Of a DNA stretch of 50,130 nt, positions 43,433-50,130 are shown piece by piece. The position numbers were made by a program, and so were the translations under genes. The notes under the pieces were generated by a model. The model ran no database searches. It worked only from the letters and a program-made list of their open reading frames with translations, and was not told the origin of the DNA. Origin of the DNA: Methanobacteriaceae archaeon (lineage in GTDB: Archaea > Methanobacteriota > Methanobacteria > Methanobacteriales > Methanobacteriaceae); the NCBI GenBank assembly GCA_003558085.1, contig PWMT01000053.1:1-50130 (forward strand), written 5' to 3'. Each line of letters begins with the position of its first letter. The stretch's first letter is position 1.

Positions 43433-45259
43433 ATGATAAAGATTAGCATAGTAATTCCAACTTATAATGAAGAATATTATTTACCAGAATTACTGGATAG
43501 TATAAAAAGTCAGGAATTCGGTGATTATGAAATTATAATTGCTGATGCTGATTCCCAGGATGGAACCTGTCAAATTGCCAAGGATTATAATTGCAAAATA
43601 GTAAAAGGCGGTATACCAGCAATAGGTAGGAATAATGGTGCAAAAATTGCTAGAGGAGAACTAATATTATTTTTAGACTCTGATTTAATTTTACCACCAG
43701 GATATCTTCAGGATGTTGTATCTGAATTTGAGGAAAGAAAGCTTGGAATAGGCATTACCCAAATGATCCCTATTTCAAATAAAAAGCGAGATAAGCTTTT
43801 GCATGAATTAGCCAACCGTTTCATGATAATGGTGGAATCCATAAAACCGCATGGAGCAGGTTGTTATGGTATTATATGCCGTAGAAAATTACATGAAAAG
43901 GTTAATGGATTCAACGAATCCCTTGATTTCGGAGAGGATGCAGATTATATTGAGAGAATGGGTAGTATTTCTAAGTTTAAAGTGTTGCGAAGACCCTATT
44001 TAAGAGTATCCACCAGAAGACTAGAAAAAGAGGGATTGAAGAATCTAGCAGTTAAATACGCTAAAAGCACGGTTTATGATTTTTTAGGTAGAAAAGTTAG
44101 TGCAGCTGAATTAGACTATGCCTTTGGATATAAGTCTCAAAAATTAAGTTCATCCAGCAATGAAACCAGTTTATCTCCTAAAATTGATAATCCTAATTCA
44201 AAAAAAAGGATCATCTATTCGGTTTGTGGTGAAGGAATGGGACATGCCATAAGAAGTGGAGTTATATTAGAAGAATTAATCTCCCGTTATGAAGTTTTAA
44301 TTTTTGCCAGTGATCGTGCCTATGATTATCTTTCCCGTAAATTTGATAATGTTTATGAAATATTCGGATTTAATACGGTATATGAAAATAATCAAGTTAA
44401 AAACAAAGATACTTTTTTCCAATGCATGAAAAAATTACCCCGGGATTTGAAAGGTAACTTAAAATTACTATACTCCATTGCCAGTGATTTTAAACCTCAT
44501 ATAATTATTTCTGATTTTGAATTCTATGCTAGTCTATTAAGCAATATACTAAGAATTCCCTTGATAAGTATTGATAATATGCATATTATCAGCCAGGGAA
44601 AAATTAATTATCCTTCTAAATTTAAGAAAGATAAACTCAAAGCAGAAGCCGTGGTTAGATCTTTCATCGTCAGACCTGAAAGATATATTATCACCAGTTT
44701 TTTCTTCCCTCCCCTTAAAAACTTGGATAATGCAGTTATCCATCCACCTGTTTTAAGAAAAGAGATTATAGAGTTAAATCCCGGTTATGGTGATCATATA
44801 ATGGTCTATCAAACCAGTACTTCAAATTGGCAGTTAATCGAAATACTAAAAAAAATTAATAAAAAAGTGGTTATCTATGGATTTAATAAAAACCAAAAAA
44901 TAGAAAATCTGCATTTTAAAATTTTTAATGAAAATGAATTTTTTACAGATCTTGAACAATGTCAGGCTGTTATAACTAATGGTGGATTTGGATTAATAAC
45001 TGAGGCTCTTTATCTGAAAAAACCTATTTACAGCATTCCAGTTAAAGGACAGTTTGAACAGATTTTAAATGGGGTTTATATAGAAAAACTAGGTTATGGT
45101 GAATTTCATGAAGAAACTGAACTAGCATCTTTACAGTTATTTCTAAAACATCTATATAAATATCAGAAAAATTTACTTAACTACCCAGGTCTAGGCAATG
45201 CATACGTATTAGAAGATCTAATTTCTTCTATCGAAAAATATTCAAAAAATTATTGCTAA
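43433..45259 (+). CDS. Two-domain glycosyltransferase: GT2 (GT-A) fused to MJ1255-like GT-B domain
   Basis: N-terminal IVIPTYNEE, DADS.DGT, GRN.GA, FLDSD, GED, S.RR; Ser-rich linker; C-terminal GEGMGHAIRS, ISDFE, NGGF.LITEALYL.KP, GQFEQ..N. Confidence 0.88.
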   Translation: MIKISIVIPTYNEEYYLPELLDSIKSQEFGDYEIIIADADSQDGTCQIAKDYNCKIVKGGIPAIGRNNGAKIARGELILFLDSDLILPPGYLQDVVSEFEERKLGIGITQMIPISNKKRDKLLHELANRFMIMVESIKPHGAGCYGIICRRKLHEKVNGFNESLDFGEDADYIERMGSISKFKVLRRPYLRVSTRRLEKEGLKNLAVKYAKSTVYDFLGRKVSAAELDYAFGYKSQKLSSSSNETSLSPKIDNPNSKKRIIYSVCGEGMGHAIRSGVILEELISRYEVLIFASDRAYDYLSRKFDNVYEIFGFNTVYENNQVKNKDTFFQCMKKLPRDLKGNLKLLYSIASDFKPHIIISDFEFYASLLSNILRIPLISIDNMHIISQGKINYPSKFKKDKLKAEAVVRSFIVRPERYIITSFFFPPLKNLDNAVIHPPVLRKEIIELNPGYGDHIMVYQTSTSNWQLIEILKKINKKVVIYGFNKNQKIENLHFKIFNENEFFTDLEQCQAVITNGGFGLITEALYLKKPIYSIPVKGQFEQILNGVYIEKLGYGEFHEETELASLQLFLKHLYKYQKNLLNYPGLGNAYVLEDLISSIEKYSKNYC

Positions 45260-45313
45260 AAAATTAATGTAAAAGAAATAAAAAAATAAATATAAGGGTG
45301 TAAAATAATTTTT

Positions 45314-46276
45314 TTAGAGAGTTACACCCATATCAAGTTGTTCAGTCAGTTCTTTGTAGCGATTTCGAATGGTAACCTCGGTTACACCGGCAATATCTGC
45401 TACATCCCTTTGAGTTTTTCGTTCACCTAATAGAACTGAAGCGATATATAATGCGGCTGCAGCTACACCAGTAGGCCCTCTTCCAGAAGTAAGGCCTTTT
45501 TCCATTGCTTTTTCAATAATTTCAATGGCCTTACTTTGTACTTCACCGGACAATCCTAATTCGCTGGCAAAACGTGGAACATAATCCACTGGAGATGTTG
45601 GAGGTAATTTAATATTTAACTCTCTAGTTAAAAATCGATAAGTTCTTCCAACTTCTTTCTTACTAACTCGAGAAACTTCTGCTATCTCATCCAGAGTCCT
45701 AGGCACGTTACATCTTCGGCAGGCAGCATAGAGCGATGCCGCCACTACACCCTCGATACTACGCCCTCTTATTAATTTATTTTCCACTGCACTTCGGTAT
45801 ACCACTGACGCAGATTCCCTCACACTTCGAGGAAGACCCAAACGAGATGAATCTCTGTCTAATTCACTTAAAGCAAAAGCTAAGTTTCTTTCTGTAGCAC
45901 CAGAAATCCTAATTTTCCTTTGCCATTTACGCAGCCGATACCATTGTGCTCTATTTCTGGCTGGGATATCTCTTCCATAAATATCCTTGTTTCTCCAATC
46001 GATCATGGTAGATAAACCTTTATCATGTATGGTGTAAGTTATAGGTGCACCTACCCTGGTTCGCTTGTCTCTTTGTTCATGATCAAATGCTCTCCATTCA
46101 GGGCCCATATCTACCAAATTATCATCAATAACAAGGCCGCATCCACCACATACAATCTCTGCTCTTTCATAGTCACCAATTAACTCTTCTGAACCGCATT
46201 CTGGACAACTGATTTCTTTTTCTGTTTCAGAAACATCATTTTGCATTTCTTGCTTCGTTGAAACAACATTTTTCAT
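45314..46276 (-). CDS. tfb: Transcription initiation factor IIB
   Basis: Zn ribbon CPEC...C..C, GPEWRAF, HDKGLST, two cyclin repeats, [12 protein letters not shown]. Confidence 0.98.
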   Translation of the reverse strand: MKNVVSTKQEMQNDVSETEKEISCPECGSEELIGDYERAEIVCGGCGLVIDDNLVDMGPEWRAFDHEQRDKRTRVGAPITYTIHDKGLSTMIDWRNKDIYGRDIPARNRAQWYRLRKWQRKIRISGATERNLAFALSELDRDSSRLGLPRSVRESASVVYRSAVENKLIRGRSIEGVVAASLYAACRRCNVPRTLDEIAEVSRVSKKEVGRTYRFLTRELNIKLPPTSPVDYVPRFASELGLSGEVQSKAIEIIEKAMEKGLTSGRGPTGVAAAALYIASVLLGERKTQRDVADIAGVTEVTIRNRYKELTEQLDMGVTL

Positions 46277-46551
46277 TTTTTGCTTCGTTTTTTACGCCCC
46301 CATTTTTTCACAGATTTTTTTGGAATATATAAATTCTTTCCAAAAAGTTCTTCAAATTTATTAACCTGATCGACACTTTTGGGTTTAATAACAATATAGG
46401 GTTCCTTGGTAGGTCCAAAAACATCATATACTTTACCCACTCTCATTTTGTTCTCAGTAAAAACAGGCAGACCTAGAGCTGGAGTATGATCAGATCGAAC
46501 AATAATATTGCCCTTGTTGGAGATATGTGAAATATTTCCCAAAACTTTCAT
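46273..46551 (-). CDS. gar1: H/ACA RNP component Gar1/Naf1
   Basis: [14 protein letters not shown]...PY..IKP; stop overlaps tfb start. Confidence 0.88.
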   Translation of the reverse strand: MKVLGNISHISNKGNIIVRSDHTPALGLPVFTENKMRVGKVYDVFGPTKEPYIVIKPKSVDQVNKFEELFGKNLYIPKKSVKKWGRKKRSKK

Positions 46552-46750
46552 ATGATTAACCGAAAAAGTTATATATAATCTTAATTATATTTCCTAGTAT
46601 TTAAATGTTTCGATAATAATATATATTATAATTAATTATTATAAAAGTATTTTGTGCTTTATATGTATTAACAGTTCATTTGAGGCTTTATGGAAGACTA
46701 TAGGCTATTAATAAATAGTCCTATCATAATAAAAGTAATAATTTAAGTTA

Positions 46751-47839
46751 TTACAATACATCTGGCTTTTTATCAGCCACGATCTTTTTACTATAATATA
46801 AAGCAGTGAAGGCTCCAATCAAAGTAGTAACAAAGTAACTGGCCAGTCTATCTATTATGCTGGCAGCCATTACTAAGTCAGCTGAAATTCCTACCACAGC
46901 AAACAATCCTACTAGAGTTAGTTCCCTTATACCTAAAGATCCAGGTAGAATAGGTAATAATGAAATTAAAATCACCACCGTATAAATTATTATTAAAGAA
47001 ATTATAGGTGGTTGAACTCCGACTGCCATAAAACATACATATAAACGGGTCATATCTACAGCCCACATGCCAAAGGCTGAAAGAAATCCAAGGATAAATA
47101 AATTACGATCCTTTAAGGCCATGCTAAATCCAGTGGTGAAACGATTAATATAAAATATTAATTTCTCACGAATATCAGAATAGTTTAATTCTTTACGGGT
47201 GATTTTTAAAAATAAAGGAAATACTAATCTACTAATTGATAAACTGATTTTTTGCGCAATTTTTTGATTGGATCCTGCATAAACCATTACACTAAAGAAA
47301 ATAATGGTGATGAAAATTAGTGAAAAAACAATTATACGGGTCCAAAAAGATATTCTCCAGCTTAAAATAAGTATGGCTGCGATAACAGATATAGCAGCAA
47401 AGGGTAAAAATTCAAATACCCTGTCTGCAGTGGAAGAAGCAAAACCAATTTCAAAAGGAACATCGTTAATTTCCTTTAATAGATAAGCCCTTAAAGGTTC
47501 ACCTCCTGCAGCTCCAGGTGTAATATTATTTCCAAATATGCTAGCTAAAAGCATGCCTAAAACATTTAAATATCGGGGAGATTTATCTACTAGATCTAAA
47601 ATTAGCTTCCAACGCAGTGCCCATAATAAAAAAATAACTCCTTGTAAAATGAAATTTAAAGCTAAAAACCATAAATTAGTTTTTTCTATAGCATTTATAG
47701 TATCTCCTATTCCAGCCAAAGCTATAATAGCAAATATTATAAGCCCTGCCGCTACAAAAGATAGGATTATCTTTTTTTTATGTTCTCTAATAAAAGCATA
47801 ACTATCATTCCTTTTTATGGTATCTGCTGTAGTAGTCAT
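46751..47839 (-). CDS. UPF0104 / lysylphosphatidylglycerol-synthase TM (flippase-like) membrane protein
   Basis: LRW, NNITP...GGEP.RAY, DR.FE, PG.LG.RE, DR..SY. Confidence 0.88.
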   Translation of the reverse strand: MTTTADTIKRNDSYAFIREHKKKIILSFVAAGLIIFAIIALAGIGDTINAIEKTNLWFLALNFILQGVIFLLWALRWKLILDLVDKSPRYLNVLGMLLASIFGNNITPGAAGGEPLRAYLLKEINDVPFEIGFASSTADRVFEFLPFAAISVIAAILILSWRISFWTRIIVFSLIFITIIFFSVMVYAGSNQKIAQKISLSISRLVFPLFLKITRKELNYSDIREKLIFYINRFTTGFSMALKDRNLFILGFLSAFGMWAVDMTRLYVCFMAVGVQPPIISLIIIYTVVILISLLPILPGSLGIRELTLVGLFAVVGISADLVMAASIIDRLASYFVTTLIGAFTALYYSKKIVADKKPDVL

Positions 47840-47854
47840 AGCCTATGCCTCTAA

Positions 47855-48514
47855 TTAAAGATTTAAAATCTCAGATAATGTTTTACCATTCTCTAGCTGT
47901 TTAGTAATTTTCTTTTCCAGATGTTTAATATCCTTTGCCTCTTGCATAACTTCTTTGAAAATAGATTGGGGTATGACTACTACACCACAGTCATCACCCA
48001 CTACATAGTCTCCTGGTTTAACTAAAGTACCTTCACAATCCAAATTAATATTAATATCTCCATCTCCCCGAGGCCATCCTGCATTAGGAATTACTTTTTT
48101 ACTAAATACCGGATAATCCATATTTTTAATTGCATCTAAATCCCTGCAAGCACCAAAAATAATGGTACCAGCAATTCCTTTCTTTTTAGCAGCAGTAGAA
48201 GTTAACTCACCCCATACTGCATGATTATCACCCTCAGCATAAATAAAAATTACCTCGCCTGGTAGCGCAGCATCGATAACCTGCACTGAAGTGCCCCAAT
48301 CATCAGCTTTGGTGTAAGCAGTTACCAATTTACCAAAAATTTTATGATGGTTGGCTGCTTTTACACCAGGTATTACACCTTGTATACCAATGGTTTTTTT
48401 TAAAGCATCTGATATTTGAGGTGTGGATAAAAATGGAATTTTCTGCTCATCTAATTTTTGTTTAAGATATTTATCTAGTAACTTATGAGAGAATTTAAAT
48501 TTTTTTTGATCCAT
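47855..48514 (-). CDS. RraA/HMG-aldolase family protein
   Basis: STPQISDAL, AVWGEL, GACRD, VKPGD.VVGDD.GVVVIP. Confidence 0.88.
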   Translation of the reverse strand: MDQKKFKFSHKLLDKYLKQKLDEQKIPFLSTPQISDALKKTIGIQGVIPGVKAANHHKIFGKLVTAYTKADDWGTSVQVIDAALPGEVIFIYAEGDNHAVWGELTSTAAKKKGIAGTIIFGACRDLDAIKNMDYPVFSKKVIPNAGWPRGDGDININLDCEGTLVKPGDYVVGDDCGVVVIPQSIFKEVMQEAKDIKHLEKKITKQLENGKTLSEILNL

Positions 48515-48520
48515 TTAAAA

Positions 48521-48811
48521 TCAATCCTGAGGTGTTGTGACCTCTTCAACCATAGTTCTTCCTGCAACAACTTCATCTACGCTGTGGATAGATCCCCCAT
48601 AATCCTCGATAGCACGGGTGATTTCATCAAAATCAAGATCCGTGCCTTGAATAGTAACTTTGATGTTTTCAGTTTCCTTATCAATTTCCATCAAGGTAAT
48701 GTTAACACCCTCCACACCTGTTAATTCACTTAGATATCGTGCATAATAAGGTATTATGGGATCATGGGGTTTTAAAATATCTAAAACAATTCTAATTAGG
48801 CCTTTTCCCAC
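48521..48811 (-). CDS. DUF211 family protein
   Basis: RIVLDILKPH.P, GVEGVNIT..EID.ET, GGSIHSVDEVVAG. Confidence 0.88.
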   Translation of the reverse strand: MGKGLIRIVLDILKPHDPIIPYYARYLSELTGVEGVNITLMEIDKETENIKVTIQGTDLDFDEITRAIEDYGGSIHSVDEVVAGRTMVEEVTTPQD

Positions 48812-49147
48812 TTATATTTCCTCCAAAAATTTTAAAAACATACTATCTTAGTATAATAACTTTATTTTAAAAGTAATTATTTAAAACTTTAGTTTTTTAA
48901 TTTATTTTTGATTATAAAATGTTTAAACCATGCTAAAATTCAAGATAAAAGTTAGGTAAAATATTGCGGGATAATATGATATTCCTAGTTCTTAATATTA
49001 TACCGGACTATGAATGTTGATTTATTAGTATGTTATTGTATTTCAACTTAGGGGAGATATCTGCAATTTATATATTAGTTTGATTATATACTTCACATAG
49101 ATACTATTACAGTGATAATAATTACAGTCACCTTAAAAGGACCTAAC

Positions 49148-49588
49148 ATGAGTTATAGAATATTATTACGTTTAAGTGAAGAAATAGAGGAATTAAAAAA
49201 GTTTGGGGAAGAAGGAGTACCTATCCTTGTTGAGGGTAAAAAAGATGAAGAAGCTCTTGAAAAATTAGGAATAGAAGGTAATTTTATCAAGGTCTCTGGC
49301 ACCAGTCTTAAACTTTTTGAAATTGCTGAATTAGCTGCTAACTCTTCTTCTGAAGTAATAGTTCTAACAGATTTTGATAAAAAAGGAAAGGAACTGGCTA
49401 AAAGATTATCTAAAGATATTCAAAATCTGGGTTCCCATCCTAATCTACAGATTAGAAATAGTATAATGGGAATGACCCGTCGATATATCAAAGACATTGA
49501 AAGTCTTCCCAGACACCTTAGCCAATTAGAACTTGATGTTTATCCCCAAGGTTACTGTATACCTGCACTGTTTTCACATCGCAATTAA
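49148..49588 (+). CDS. Stand-alone TOPRIM domain protein (UPF0292-like)
   Basis: [22 protein letters not shown] motifs, KDIE; start 49148 preferred over 49112. Confidence 0.85.
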   Translation: MSYRILLRLSEEIEELKKFGEEGVPILVEGKKDEEALEKLGIEGNFIKVSGTSLKLFEIAELAANSSSEVIVLTDFDKKGKELAKRLSKDIQNLGSHPNLQIRNSIMGMTRRYIKDIESLPRHLSQLELDVYPQGYCIPALFSHRN

Positions 49589-49717
49589 AAATTTTTTTAA
49601 TATATTTGCGATTAGCAAATTATTTATTTGCATTGATGATAATTCAGGCAACGCCTGAAGAAAATTCCAGGACACGACTTTATCCCTGCAAGTATCTAAA
49701 TATTAAGGAGGCTTAAT

Positions 49718-50130
49718 ATGGGAAAAGAAGAAATAAGTACAACTAAATATCTCATTCACGCTCAAATTAATGCTAATGGAATTGTGGAAAAACCAGATGT
49801 GGTAGGTGCCATATTTGGTCAAACTGAAGGTCTTTTAAGTAACGACTTAGATTTAAGAGAACTTCAAAAAACCGGTAGAATCGGTAGAATTAAAGTTAAT
49901 ATAACCTCCCGGGGAGGAAGATCTAAAGGTGATATAATCATACCCTCTAGTTTAGATAGGGTAGAAACAGCAATAATGGCTGCATCATTAGAGACCATTA
50001 ACCGGGTAGGGCCTTGTGAAGCTTATATCCAGGTATCTAAAGTAGAAGATGTACGTGCCCTTAAACGTAAAAAAGTGGTGGATCGGGCTAAAGAAATCTA
50101 TGCAGGAATGATGGATGAGGTTACACCAGA
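49718..50130 (+). CDS. dnaG: Archaeal DnaG (primase-like/exosome-associated), 5' part; runs off window edge
   Basis: Manual translation after [63 protein letters not shown]...SSLDRVETA...ETINRVGPC. Confidence 0.93.
   Translation, partial: MGKEEISTTKYLIHAQINANGIVEKPDVVGAIFGQTEGLLSNDLDLRELQKTGRIGRIKVNITSRGGRSKGDIIIPSSLDRVETAIMAASLETINRVGPCEAYIQVSKVEDVRALKRKKVVDRAKEIYAGMMDEVTP

Noticed and set aside
1280..48724. Numerous 60-212 aa antisense or overlapping ORFs in the track (e.g. 16471-16890, 26160-26570, 34703-35341, 42616-43071)
   Set aside because: Shadow frames of well-supported genes, with no recognisable motifs or RBS
1..50130. tRNA, rRNA, RNase P or SRP RNA genes; IS elements; prophage
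   Set aside because: No GC-rich non-coding island of suitable length, no T-loop GTTCRA cloverleaf in spacers, and no transposase, integrase or phage ORFs seen by eye; a tRNAscan/Infernal run would confirm

Overview
AT-rich archaeal chromosome segment, most consistent with a Methanobacteriales methanogen (Methanobacterium-like). The evidence is the methanofuran (mfnD/mfnF-like) and F430 (cfbE) genes, TFB, aRF1, aIF5A, archaeal DnaG, GGAGG/GGTGA ribosome-binding sites, and a gene order that I recall resembling Methanothermobacter (not checked). It holds about 45 densely packed, mostly housekeeping genes. I found no rRNA, tRNA, CRISPR array, transposase, integrase or prophage, and no clear-cut new multi-gene system. 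The best leads are: (1) a membrane-anchored M14-like zinc peptidase gene broken by an in-frame TAA and apparently lacking its start codon; (2) a GT2 + GT-B glycosyltransferase fusion next to an unknown membrane protein, a candidate for archaeal glycolipid synthesis; (3) wecB/wecC co-oriented with, and wecC overlapping, methanofuran genes, a possible link to pseudomurein sugar synthesis; (4) a structured leader before dnaG; (5) four separate 30-48 bp duplications in intergenic DNA, one of which copies the truA translation start and creates a uORF; (6) probable non-canonical start codons. All family assignments come from motif recognition, not database searches.
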